A DNA stretch of 64,000 bases from Bdellovibrionota bacterium (lineage in GTDB: Bacteria; Bdellovibrionota_C; UBA2361; JBIKUX01), in the NCBI GenBank assembly GCA_044347345.1, contig JBIKUX010000001.1, forward strand, positions 106,425 through 170,424, written 5' to 3'. Position 1 is the stretch's first letter, and every line of letters starts with the position of its first letter. A program made the position numbers and the translations under genes. Below the pieces are notes generated by a model. The model worked only from the letters and a program-made list of their open reading frames with translations, made no database searches and was not told the DNA's origin. This document shows, in pieces, positions 51,442 through 62,300 of the stretch.

Positions 51442-52329
51442 TCAAGAGTTTGGCGAATCTGTTACACGTAATAAAAACCTTCCTATAACCTCCAAAAGCT
51501 GCACCATACGCGGGCCAGGAATGGAAGCAAAATCATCGGCGATTATTAAAATAGGTATGTCTCGAGATGAGTTAAATAAACGATTTAAATCAGATCGCCA
51601 CTTCAATTTTTGATCCTGAGTGTCAGTGCCCGGAGGAGCTATCTGTATTATCGCATCTGGCCTAATCTTATAAATAGTCTCTGATGATAAACTACTGAAG
51701 GAGCTAGTATACCCCGTTATGGGATTGTTAGCTCCTATAGATTCTAAAAGTGAAGTATAAATTCCGTCTCTTCCCGATATATAAAGAGGGGTTAAATCCC
51801 CCTGACTAATCAAACTACCCACTAAAACAAGAACATCTAATTTTTTTTTAAGAGAGAATTTATCAACCGCTACCTTCATTCGAGCTGACAGTAATTGTGA
51901 AGAAACTTTAGCTTGTGCTTCTAATGCACAAAACTGTCCAATAATTCCATAGGCCTCAATGATTTTATCTATACTACCCTCTTCAATAAAAACTGTTGCT
52001 ATTTTAGCTCTTTTTATAACCGGCATTAATGCTTGTTGTGAGGGAAGAAGGATGACCAAATTAGGACGAAGAGACAGAAGAAGTTCAATATTTGGATCAA
52101 GTAATCCGCCAAGTTTAGGCAGAGAATCAGCTTCTGTTGGATATTTTGTAAAACTACTAGTTGCTACCACTTTATCACCTAAGCCCATATCAAAAATAAT
52201 TTCAGTTGCTACGGGTGAAAGTGGAACAATACGAAGACACTCACAAAACGCGCTATTAGAACAAAGAGAAAAGTATAACCACACTATCCTGAGCAAAAAT
52301 AAGCTCGTTATTTTAACATAACCCGACAT
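51442..52329 (-). CDS. btuF: Helical-backbone periplasmic binding protein (BtuF-like)
   Basis: RIVPLSPVATE, PNIELLLSLRPNLVI, PGPR; signal peptide. Confidence 0.78.
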   Translation of the reverse strand: MSGYVKITSLFLLRIVWLYFSLCSNSAFCECLRIVPLSPVATEIIFDMGLGDKVVATSSFTKYPTEADSLPKLGGLLDPNIELLLSLRPNLVILLPSQQALMPVIKRAKIATVFIEEGSIDKIIEAYGIIGQFCALEAQAKVSSQLLSARMKVAVDKFSLKKKLDVLVLVGSLISQGDLTPLYISGRDGIYTSLLESIGANNPITGYTSSFSSLSSETIYKIRPDAIIQIAPPGTDTQDQKLKWRSDLNRLFNSSRDIPILIIADDFASIPGPRMVQLLEVIGRFLLRVTDSPNS

Positions 52330-52391
52330 AGAGCAAGCTGAATATTTTTTTATATCAAGTAAGAATGATTTTACTAATTACCGCATCTTCT

Positions 52392-54431
52392 CTAATCGTC
52401 TGAAATAGATAGATTGGTGTCTATTTTCAGTCCTAACATAACTCTTGCTCCCGGGGAACCAAATCCGTAGACCTCTTGATATTCTTTATCTAGTAAATTA
52501 TCAGCCGCCAAAGTAGCAGATACACCCTTACCGAGTTCGTAAGATCCGTTAAGACCAAATAATACATAGGAGCCTAAAGACACATTTTCTGCGGGGAACA
52601 CGGTGAAATTTCTATCTCTGCGCGGACCAACCCATTGAGTATTAAGATTTATTCTTAACCGTTTTGTTGCGATGTATGAAAATACGCTACGCGCTTGCCT
52701 ACTTGCTCTTCTCAACAAGGCGGAACCGGTAGATTTATCCTCGGTATCCAAATAAGTAAAAAAACCTAGCCACTCAAATTTTGTAAAAATGGGAGCTTTA
52801 ATCGACACTTCCACACCTTGAGTTTCAGCATTATCAATATTTTGTAAAATAAAAGAACTCGGATCAAATTGAATAAGGTTACGAAACTCATTTCTAAAAT
52901 AAGTGGTATCAATCAAAATTTTACTCGATGGAATGAGAAATTCGTAGCCGAAATCCCATCCTCTTGAGGTTTCTGCCTGAAGACTAGAGTTACCGAAGGA
53001 AGAAAATAACTGCGTTACCGTAGGAGCTTTAAATCCTGTACCGACACTACTATGAATACGAGATTGGAACAAAGAAACTGGACGTGACGCCGTAATTCGC
53101 CATGTATCCTGTCCTCCAAAGCGAGAATGATCATCATACCGGTTACCAATAGTCAAAAGACCTAACCATTCAGGCTGAATCAGCAACTCACTAAAAACTC
53201 CCCCGTTTGAAGTGCTACTAGGCAATAATTCGTCCTTAAATTCACCGAATTGTGAATAAGAAACGTACTGAGAATTAGCTGATTCATTCTCATATTCCCC
53301 ACCCACATCAAACTTAAGCCAATCGATAGGCTTAATTACTTCGATAACTGAGAAGCGTGTTCGATATCCTTGAAATCTACTATCAATAAGATCAAGCGGT
53401 GCAGTTACATCCGCTTCATTAATATCAGTCAATTCATGCTCTGCGTATTCAAATTGTAAACGCTGATCCAGTAGGTCATTAAAAAATTCTGAATGAGCAC
53501 TTACTGAGCTGACAAAAACGTCATTACTAAGTTTTCGATTGGGGTCATCTCCCCCTACTCCTGCCGCTCTATCAATTTCAGCTTCACTCGATACCTTCTT
53601 AAGATTAAACTCTAAGTCAGATAAACCAACTCTGAGACCTCCAAGTGCGCTAAATGAGCTATTTGAATATGGGTCTCTCTCAAAGTTACCATCTCTTTGG
53701 TCGGCTGAAGATATGTTTGATTGACTCTTACTACCGCTAGCACTGAGTGTAAGATACTTATTCTCATCACTTAAAAGCAAAGTAGAAGTACCTGCGGTAG
53801 TTTCGTAATTTCCACTCAAAGCAGTAAGAGATAACTTGTTTTCTTTAGCTCCTTTCTTGGTAATTATATGAATAACTCCGCCAATAGCGTTTGAACCGTA
53901 CATTAAACTTTGAGGCCCGCGAAGAATTTCAATTCTTTCCACACCATCGGTGGTAATGTTAGCGAGATCAAATGAGCCTCCAGGAGTAGCTGGATTGTTA
54001 ACTTCAACGCCGTCAATAAGAACTAGAGTATGCTCTCCGTTTGCTCCCCTCATAAACGTGGAGACAGAGCCTCCTGGCCCACCCGATTGCACAATATTTA
54101 CTCCAGGTGTACTTCTGAGTGCATCAACGATATTAGTTTGAGCCATGGCCTCAATTGACTCTCTATTGATGATGGTCACAGCTCCACCAATTTGCGATTG
54201 TGGTACCTCATCCTGATGAGATGTTACTACTAACGGCGATAAATCTTTGACGATAACGTCTTCAGCTTTAACATCATAGTTAGACAAAAAAATTGCCTGA
54301 ATAATAACGAGCCCAACAAAAGAAATTGAACCGATATGATCGGAATTCATACTTTTCATGATCTTTTTTCCGTCAAACCAAAAAACCACAAACTTGCCTA
54401 ATTTTTTAAATAAATTCATCATTTCAGGCAT
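52392..54431 (-). CDS. btuB: TonB-dependent receptor, BtuB-like
   Basis: TonB-box-like LVVTS, plug MRGANGEHTLVLIDG, ERIEILRGPQSLMYGS, GTGFKAPT, NLLDKEYQ; true start may be 54359. Confidence 0.8.
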   Translation of the reverse strand: MPEMMNLFKKLGKFVVFWFDGKKIMKSMNSDHIGSISFVGLVIIQAIFLSNYDVKAEDVIVKDLSPLVVTSHQDEVPQSQIGGAVTIINRESIEAMAQTNIVDALRSTPGVNIVQSGGPGGSVSTFMRGANGEHTLVLIDGVEVNNPATPGGSFDLANITTDGVERIEILRGPQSLMYGSNAIGGVIHIITKKGAKENKLSLTALSGNYETTAGTSTLLLSDENKYLTLSASGSKSQSNISSADQRDGNFERDPYSNSSFSALGGLRVGLSDLEFNLKKVSSEAEIDRAAGVGGDDPNRKLSNDVFVSSVSAHSEFFNDLLDQRLQFEYAEHELTDINEADVTAPLDLIDSRFQGYRTRFSVIEVIKPIDWLKFDVGGEYENESANSQYVSYSQFGEFKDELLPSSTSNGGVFSELLIQPEWLGLLTIGNRYDDHSRFGGQDTWRITASRPVSLFQSRIHSSVGTGFKAPTVTQLFSSFGNSSLQAETSRGWDFGYEFLIPSSKILIDTTYFRNEFRNLIQFDPSSFILQNIDNAETQGVEVSIKAPIFTKFEWLGFFTYLDTEDKSTGSALLRRASRQARSVFSYIATKRLRINLNTQWVGPRRDRNFTVFPAENVSLGSYVLFGLNGSYELGKGVSATLAADNLLDKEYQEVYGFGSPGARVMLGLKIDTNLSISDD

Positions 54432-54677
54432 AAAGCCATTTTTCTAAACTTAAAATATTGATGCCCAAAGAATTAACAGAAGTTCTTCCCGCTCACTTAA
54501 AGGTTTTATCTAAAGCTTGTTTATTGAGCAAATATTATCTGGAGCTAACAGCTAAATTCGAGACATTGCAACTACATTTAACATTGAATCTATACGCTCT
54601 ATAAACTTTTAAAGTAAACGTATAACTTTGAAGCTGTGTAGAGGATCAGTAAATAACGATAGATTGGTGAATACTTA

Positions 54678-57600
54678 ATGAAACGAAGTGCTTCTTTCGA
54701 TAAACTTGAGCAGGTACTTAAAGAGCGAATCCTATTTCTTGATGGTGCTATGGGCACCATGATTCAGCGATACAAACTCACTGAAGAGGATTTTCGTGGA
54801 ACATTACTCACAAATTATCCACGTGAGTTAAAAGGTAATAACGACTTGCTTAGCTTAACTCGACCAGACATTATAGAAGAGATTCATGAACAGTATCTTC
54901 TTGCTGGCTCTGACATAATTGAAACAAATACATTCAGCGGTACAACAATCGCTCAACAAGATTATGGTACCGAGCACTTAACAAAAGATATCAACATTGC
55001 ATCTGCTCGTTTAGCTAGAAAAATTTGTGAAAAAATCGAAGCAATTCAACCAAACAGAAAGTGTTTTGTTGCTGGTGCACTAGGACCAACCAATCGCACT
55101 GCTTCACTATCGCCAGATGTAAACAATCCAGCTTATAGAGCTGTTACCTTTGATAATCTTGTTGATGCATACTTCGATCAGACAGAGGCGCTTATTGAAG
55201 GAGGAGTGGATATTCTCCTTCCTGAGACAACTTTCGATACCTTAAATTTAAAAGCAGCAATCGTAGCAATTGAAAGATGCTTCAAAAAATTAGGAGTGAG
55301 ATACCCTGTAATGCTATCTGTAACTATCACAGATCAATCAGGAAGAACTCTTTCCGGACAAACCATAGCTGCATTTTGGTACTCAGTAGCTCATGCTAAT
55401 CCACTTAGTGTAGGAATTAATTGTGCGCTTGGTGCAAAAGATATGGCGCCTTACATGAAGGAGTTAGCCGATATAGCCACCTGTTATACAAGCTGCTATC
55501 CAAATGCCGGCTTACCTAATCCTCTCAATGATACTGGATATGACGAAACACCCAATGACACTGCTGAAGCATTATCTCAAATTGGTCTTATAGAAAATGG
55601 CAGAAGTATATTTAATATTGTTGGCGGCTGCTGCGGTACAACACCTGATCATATAAAGGAGATTGTTAGAAGATTTAAAAATATTGTTCCTCGAACACCT
55701 TGCAGTGCTAAAAATCAAACCAGTCTTGCAGGACTAGAGCCACTTATTATTAAGGAGGAAAAAAATCGCCAACTGGTCATGATAGGTGAGCGCACGAACG
55801 TAACGGGCTCTCCTCAATTTAGAAAATTAGTACAAGAGAACAAACTTGATGATGCCCTGAAGATTGCTCGTCAGCAAGTAGAGAACGGAGCTCACATTAT
55901 TGATGTAAATTTTGATGAGGGCTTACTAGATGGAAAATCTTGTATGACTACTTTCTTAAATCTAATTGCCAGCGATCCAGATATTTCCCGAGTCCCAATC
56001 ATGATTGACAGTTCGAAATGGGAAATTCTTGAAGCAGGACTTAAATGCACACAAGGTAAGTCAATAGTTAATTCTATAAGCTTAAAAGAGGGGGAAAAGA
56101 CATTTAAGGAACAAGCAAAACTAATTCAAAATTATGGTGCGGCCGCCGTAGTAATGGCTTTTGATGAAAAAGGTCAAGCCGCTACCAAAGAAGATAAGGT
56201 GCGTATTTGTAAGAGGGCATACCACATTTTAGTAGATGATATTGGCTTTTGTGCCCATGATATAATTTTTGATGCCAATATTTTAACTGTTGCTACAGGC
56301 ATAGAAGAACATAATTCTTACGCAACAGATTTTATTGAGGCTATCCGAGAAATAAAAAAATCTTGTCCTGGAGCTCTGACAAGTGGAGGAGTTAGTAACA
56401 TTTCCTTCTCATTTCGTGGAAACAATCAAGTAAGAGAAGCCATGCATTCCGTGTTTTTATTTCATGCGGTAAAAGCTGGTCTAGACATGGCGATAGTAAA
56501 CGCCGGAATGCTTGGTATTTATCAAGATATAGAACCACTACTTCTCCAAAAAGTAGAAGATGTCATACTCAATAGAAACAAAGATGCAACGGAAGCTTTA
56601 ATTGAGTATGCCGAACAAATAAAGAATAGTGGAAAGAAAAAAATCGTTGAAACTCAGGAGTGGCGTAGTAAGTCTTTGCAAGAGCGAATAACTCATGCTT
56701 TAGTTCGAGGTATCACAGACTATATTGAAAATGATACAGCTGAGGCTTTAACTATTTATGGTAAGCCGCTCGATGTCATTGAAGGCCCTCTCATGAACGG
56801 TATGAAAGTGGTGGGAGACCTCTTCGGAGAAGGAAAAATGTTTCTTCCCCAAGTGGTAAAGAGCGCTCGCGTAATGAAAAGAGCAGTAGCTTACCTTGAA
56901 CCGATGATGGAGGAAGAAAAAAAGAAAAACTGCTATTCCGAAGCAGGAAAAACTTTCGTCATAGCTACAGTAAGGGGTGACGTTCATGATATTGGAAAAA
57001 ATATAGTCGGCGTTGTATTGGCTTGTAATGGCTACAAGGTTATTGATCTTGGAGTCATGGTAAGCTGCGATAACATTCTTGCAGCCGCAAAAGAGCACGG
57101 TGCTGATATTATAGGTATGAGTGGTCTTATTACACCATCTCTTGATGAGATGGTGTCAAACGTAAAGGAAATGGAGCGGCTTGGAATAAAAATTCCAGTC
57201 CTTATAGGTGGTGCTACAACATCAAAAGCTCATACTGCAATTAAAATTGCTCCACATTACTCTGGTGCCGTTATTCAAGTAGCAGATGCCTCACTGGTTG
57301 TAGAAGTATGCTCTAAACTACTAAGCCAGTCTCAGTCATCTAACTTCATTGATGAATCAAAAAGATCTCAAGAAAAATTGCGCATAGAATTTGAAAAGCA
57401 TCGCAGCGAAAGAGAGTATATTTCAATTATAGATGCTCGAACCAATAAATTTAAAGATACTGAGTGGAAGGAATCTTGTCTTGCAAAGCCTACCTTTTAT
57501 GGCGTTCATACATTAGACAATATATCGCTAGGCGATGTAGCTGATTATATCGATTGGTCGCCTTTTTTTTGGGCTTGGGATCTTAAAGGAAGCTACCCTA

Positions 57601-58379
57601 CTATTTTCGAAAAAAGAGATATCGGTCAACACGCAAAAGAACTATTCCTAGAGGGGAAAAAATTATTAGACTCAATTATTAAAGATAAATGTTTCACCTT
57701 AAAAGCTGTTATAGGATTTTTTCGAGCATATTCCACAGGGGACGACATAGATGTACTAGATGACAATAATCATAAATTAGAAACTTTTTGTTTTCTTCGC
57801 CAACAACAAAAAAAGCCTCCTCAACCAAACTTATGTTTAGCAGATTTTATTGCTCCTAAAGATAGCGGTATTATCGATACGATAGGAATGTTTGCGGTTA
57901 CTTGTCATGGTGTGGATAAATTTGCAAATTTATTTGAGTCTAAGGGAGATGATTACACAGCAATAATGGCTAAGGTTATTGGAGACCGCTTTGCAGAGGC
58001 ATTAGCTGAATATATTCACAAGCAAGTGCGTATCTGGTGGAGTTACGGTGATGAGGAGAGTCTCACTACAGAGGATCTCATAAAAGAGCGATATCGTGGC
58101 ATTCGGCCAGCTCCTGGCTATCCAGCCTGTCCTGATCACACTGAAAAAGCAAAAATATGGGATCTTTTACAAGTTGATTCCCGAATAGGGTGTTCGCTAA
58201 CAGAAAGTTTTGCTATGTATCCGGCTAGTAGCGTATCAGGATTTTATTTTAGCCATCCAAAAAGTCAGTATTTTAATGTGGGTAAAGTCATGAAAGATCA
58301 AATAACTGACTATGCTAATCGCAAGGCTTTATCCATAGACCAAGTGGAAAAATGGCTAGCTCCAAACCTAGGCTATTAA
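54678..58379 (+). CDS. metH: Cobalamin-dependent methionine synthase
   Basis: [25 protein letters not shown]12-binding [22 protein letters not shown]; 1233 aa. Confidence 0.98.
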   Translation: MKRSASFDKLEQVLKERILFLDGAMGTMIQRYKLTEEDFRGTLLTNYPRELKGNNDLLSLTRPDIIEEIHEQYLLAGSDIIETNTFSGTTIAQQDYGTEHLTKDINIASARLARKICEKIEAIQPNRKCFVAGALGPTNRTASLSPDVNNPAYRAVTFDNLVDAYFDQTEALIEGGVDILLPETTFDTLNLKAAIVAIERCFKKLGVRYPVMLSVTITDQSGRTLSGQTIAAFWYSVAHANPLSVGINCALGAKDMAPYMKELADIATCYTSCYPNAGLPNPLNDTGYDETPNDTAEALSQIGLIENGRSIFNIVGGCCGTTPDHIKEIVRRFKNIVPRTPCSAKNQTSLAGLEPLIIKEEKNRQLVMIGERTNVTGSPQFRKLVQENKLDDALKIARQQVENGAHIIDVNFDEGLLDGKSCMTTFLNLIASDPDISRVPIMIDSSKWEILEAGLKCTQGKSIVNSISLKEGEKTFKEQAKLIQNYGAAAVVMAFDEKGQAATKEDKVRICKRAYHILVDDIGFCAHDIIFDANILTVATGIEEHNSYATDFIEAIREIKKSCPGALTSGGVSNISFSFRGNNQVREAMHSVFLFHAVKAGLDMAIVNAGMLGIYQDIEPLLLQKVEDVILNRNKDATEALIEYAEQIKNSGKKKIVETQEWRSKSLQERITHALVRGITDYIENDTAEALTIYGKPLDVIEGPLMNGMKVVGDLFGEGKMFLPQVVKSARVMKRAVAYLEPMMEEEKKKNCYSEAGKTFVIATVRGDVHDIGKNIVGVVLACNGYKVIDLGVMVSCDNILAAAKEHGADIIGMSGLITPSLDEMVSNVKEMERLGIKIPVLIGGATTSKAHTAIKIAPHYSGAVIQVADASLVVEVCSKLLSQSQSSNFIDESKRSQEKLRIEFEKHRSEREYISIIDARTNKFKDTEWKESCLAKPTFYGVHTLDNISLGDVADYIDWSPFFWAWDLKGSYPTIFEKRDIGQHAKELFLEGKKLLDSIIKDKCFTLKAVIGFFRAYSTGDDIDVLDDNNHKLETFCFLRQQQKKPPQPNLCLADFIAPKDSGIIDTIGMFAVTCHGVDKFANLFESKGDDYTAIMAKVIGDRFAEALAEYIHKQVRIWWSYGDEESLTTEDLIKERYRGIRPAPGYPACPDHTEKAKIWDLLQVDSRIGCSLTESFAMYPASSVSGFYFSHPKSQYFNVGKVMKDQITDYANRKALSIDQVEKWLAPNLGY

Positions 58380-58390
58380 AAGCTTTGATT

Positions 58391-58795
58391 ATGCAAACTG
58401 ATATAACCAAACCATTGTGCTTATTGTTTCCACCTACTCTAAAACCCAAAGCGCTACTAAAACTTTGTCAAAACCTTTCTTATGAGGATCAGGTAACGGT
58501 AATTAGGTGCCTATACCAGAGATGGAAAAATAATCCCTCAGCTCACCAAGAGTTAATTTGCCTTGAGGATTATCTTTCAGATGATGCGCTTACTGCTGAT
58601 GTTCTTACAAGTTTAATTGAAATACTAGAATGGTTAGCTAAAGAAAAGAAGAACACAACAATTAGTGAGATAATTGGTTATCTGACTTGTTGTAGAGAAA
58701 TGCACTCTATTTGTGGATTAAATCTTCCACTTAAATTAACAGTTAAACAGGCGCTACAAGAGCACGGCTTTGCAAAAGCTACTAAAAATTTATAA
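58391..58795 (+). CDS. Hypothetical protein
   Basis: Probable ATG at 58391, 11 bp after the metH stop; helical, no recognised motif. Confidence 0.6.
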   Translation: MQTDITKPLCLLFPPTLKPKALLKLCQNLSYEDQVTVIRCLYQRWKNNPSAHQELICLEDYLSDDALTADVLTSLIEILEWLAKEKKNTTISEIIGYLTCCREMHSICGLNLPLKLTVKQALQEHGFAKATKNL

Positions 58796-58907
58796 CTTAA
58801 AAAAACAGTGCCTCGTATTCCCAGACTAACATTTTTTTAAGTAAGTGAGTAATTAGGTAATAGCTGTTTAGTTAGAGGAACTTCTTCCAATAAAAAATTT
58901 TTACAAT

Positions 58908-59348
58908 ATGTCTCCTCAGTGGACGAAAATAAGTACAAGGGTAAAAAGCCTTCTCCTGCCAAATATAGCTCAAAGGTTAGAGTTTTATCTAACTAGTTAT
59001 CGACATGGTACAACTCCTCCTCGTGGCTGGGTAACCCTTGATGGCTCAGAAATATTAGTTTACGGAGGGCCTGCATTTGATCCGAACAAAAAATTATTGC
59101 AAGCAAATTCACTTAATCCATTTGATACAATTTTAGCTAGTCCAAATAGACAGGAGTTTTATGAAGAGCTTCTTTCATATCCTGACAAATCGGTTAATGA
59201 CTTATTATTATCCTCTCAGGTTGTGACCCGTGGCTTACTATTTGTAGATCGAAGAGTCGGTAAAAGACGCATAGTAAGCCTATCAAATAGACTAGAAGAA
59301 CACTCTTTTATAAGGCAAATGGCTAGATTAAGACAGGTTAACGACTAA
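58908..59348 (+). CDS. Conserved hypothetical protein (SF0329-like)
   Basis: QWTK...YLTSYRH...RGWVTLDG and DRRVGKRR match the remembered SF0329-family pattern. Confidence 0.6.
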   Translation: MSPQWTKISTRVKSLLLPNIAQRLEFYLTSYRHGTTPPRGWVTLDGSEILVYGGPAFDPNKKLLQANSLNPFDTILASPNRQEFYEELLSYPDKSVNDLLLSSQVVTRGLLFVDRRVGKRRIVSLSNRLEEHSFIRQMARLRQVND

Positions 59349-59372
59349 AAACTCTTAATAAACTATTTTGAT

Positions 59373-62300
59373 TTAACGAGGAGTAAGTTCTTGCGTTTGA
59401 AAGTTAGTTACAAGTTGCGTTAATCTAGGGGGGATACCTCTCATTACCAAATTGTAGTTTATCGACCAATTTAAAAGCTCTTGAACTTCTCGAGAAGCAT
59501 TTGAGGCGAGACGCTGCATGCTCTCGACAGACTTATGCAACTCAAGCAAATAACCTGCTCCTCGCAAAGCTTGTGTCACCAATTCATCGGGACGAATGTT
59601 GTTAAATTCGTTCCAAGCATCAGGATTATCATTACGGTTCCTGATTATTTTCTCATAGATATCATCCTGAATGATAGGATTATAATTAGCTGATAAAGAT
59701 GGTAATATCCCCATACTTACTAGTTGTTCAAAAGCTCTGATTGAAAAATAATATTCTTGTAAATTATGAGCACCTTGATTCTTTGAATTAATTGCGGCAG
59801 TGACATAATTGTCAACTTCAGTTGGGGTAATTTGCGGCGTAATACCGGTTTCAACAACAGTTACCGTAAGCTCACTAGTACTTCTCGATACTCCTATGGC
59901 CAAATCTTTTTTATTCTCAAAGGCGTACCTATTAGCGGCTACTTGAGCATCTCTCATTCGATCTGATACTGGTGCCGATGATATTGGATTATCATCAATT
60001 AATATAAATCTCCATAAACCAGGCTCGGGAGAAATTGTAGCTACGGAAAATCCGTAATCATCAAATATATCAAGAATATTCTCCAAAACACCAAACTCAG
60101 AAATCAAATTTGTCTGTTGATCTGAATTAGATTCTAATCCAGCAAAATTTTCACTTTGTATAACAAGCGCAAAACTACTTCTATTAGCTCCGAGTCTTGC
60201 CACTGGAATGGGAGAAGGCGATATATTAAGCCCTGTTACTAAATCTTCAATCTCCTGTTGTGTTAAATTATAGTCATTATTTGCTCCCTGCCTGTAATCA
60301 ATAATAAATCTCTCTAACAAAGGATTATCCGCCAAACTGGAGCGCTTCAAAGCTGTTTCTATGGCAGCTAGTACAGGACTGTGAATTATGGGAATAATTT
60401 GCTCAAACGAAACTCCTGACTCCGAATCATGAAATTTGTTAAGGTAAGCTCCTATATTTACCCCACCTAGTTCCTCAGCAGAAAAAGAGAATCCTCGCAT
60501 TGAAGGTCGTTGACCTCCATCTTTGGGCGCAAATAATTCATGTGAAGCTAGAATTGCCTGAGTTTGGCGGATAGCCCTATCAATTCTATCCTTAGCCTCA
60601 GCTGATCGAGCCACTGCTACGCCTCCATCGCCTCCAAAGCAAAACTGAAAATCAGAGCCAGTTACAGTAATTGTTTCTCCTACATGAGAAACCTCAATGT
60701 TATCACTAGAAAGCATAATCGGAAGAGCTCCAGCAAGGTAGGTAAGTTGCATCCCCGTTAACCCATTTTCTTGATTAGCAGAGTCCATTAGCTCCGAAGA
60801 TCCCTTCAAGTCGAAAAAAAATATCTGATCTGTAGGATCTGCTTCCACAAAGTATTTTGGATCTCGATCATTAGTGAGAGAAAAAAGATCTTCGATTGAA
60901 GGTGCTGCCTGCAGTACTTTATCACGGTATAACGTTAAGACACCTCCCTCTAAATTCTCGTAACTTGAAATAACTCTATTAATTTCCGGCCCATCAACTT
61001 CATTCCTATTTGATGAAAGAGACCTTATAGGAGTTGATGTAGGAGAGCCGTCATCAGTTGAAAGGGCTGCTCTAATAATCAAATCTATTTGGTCAATTGA
61101 TGGAGCCTGCTCCGCGGAATATGTCGTTAAATAAGTTGAAATCCAACTCCTTTGTTCCTCAGGTGATAACATTTCCCAAGATTCAATATTCGGTACTTCT
61201 GCTTTTAACTCTTCAAGAATGTCAAAACGCGCAGATAAAGCAGTTGATTCATCAACCGCAATTATAACATCAGTCCCTTCAGAATCAGTTGCTATCAGAA
61301 CACCTGATTTTACTCTTATTGAATTAAGATCAATCTCAATATTTCTTCTGAGGACTTGAGATGGTTGTCCATCTCCCATAACCTTTGCTATGGATACAGT
61401 CTGATTGTCGTAATAAGACCCATCATTTAAAAATGGTTGTGTTACAAACCGATATGTGGTGCCCGCAAATTGTACATCCTTTACTACAACAGGGGAATTA
61501 TTAATTTTCTCAATTCGTCCACCGAGAATTGCATCAGAATAACCTTGCGCTAACCTAACTCTAGGACCAGAATCACCGACTACATAAATTACTGAACTAT
61601 CCTGCGACTCAACAGCTATATCAGAGGTATTCGGCTCTGTTCTATCAAATATAACAAGCCGCCCATCTGGCATAAATGGGGTATACCCAAAGGTATTTCC
61701 AGAATCGCGTACTGCTACTCGATTATCCGCAGTAGTGACCGTGTAAATTTGCTCTCCGCTCTCAAGCAATTCATGGGTGTTTACAATACCAATCTGGCCA
61801 TTAAGCTGTACGAGTCCATTTCCTCTTAAACCATTCCAGCTAATTTCTCCATTTCCAAATCTTACACAAGGTATCTGTTTGCCTTCTACTTCAATTGTAG
61901 TCTGTGCTCCAGCCTCACTATTAAGACGCGTATAGCGACCCGAAACAGTTTGATGAATTAACCCATCTGATCCAATAAACGCTACTTGCTCATCATTAAA
62001 TAAGGCAAATCGTGGGTCTGAAATAGATACATCATTTGGCGCAAAGTAGGCCTGGCCTGTAGTATGTGCTATAAATGAAAATTGATTCGGATTAGTTCCA
62101 AGTGAACGGGCCTGTCCAAATTGTGAAGCATCATCACTTTTTATAGAAAGTTGTGCATTGCCTTGTGAATTGCTCGTAAAAAAAAGACTACTTACTGGTA
62201 ATTTCTGGAGAATACCAATCTGCCCGTTCAACATGGCCGGACTTCCATCTGGCACACTTATCCATTCGTGGCTATTCGGCGGGTCATTATTATTATAGAG

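Noticed and set aside
54432-54677. Cobalamin riboswitch upstream of btuB
   Set aside because: Only an isolated GGGAAG; the conserved core and B12 box are not visible
2593-57098. Short antisense or overlapping ORFs in the track (e.g. 2593-2886, 4178-4573, 8093-8431, 19938-20429, 23628-24038, 46746-47147, 56748-57098)
   Set aside because: Shadow frames inside well-supported genes, with no recognisable motifs
60624-60635. GGDG as a GGDEF diguanylate cyclase or Cas10 motif
   Set aside because: It reads GGDGG, not GGDEF or GGDD; flanks fit DUF3095 better and no cas genes are present
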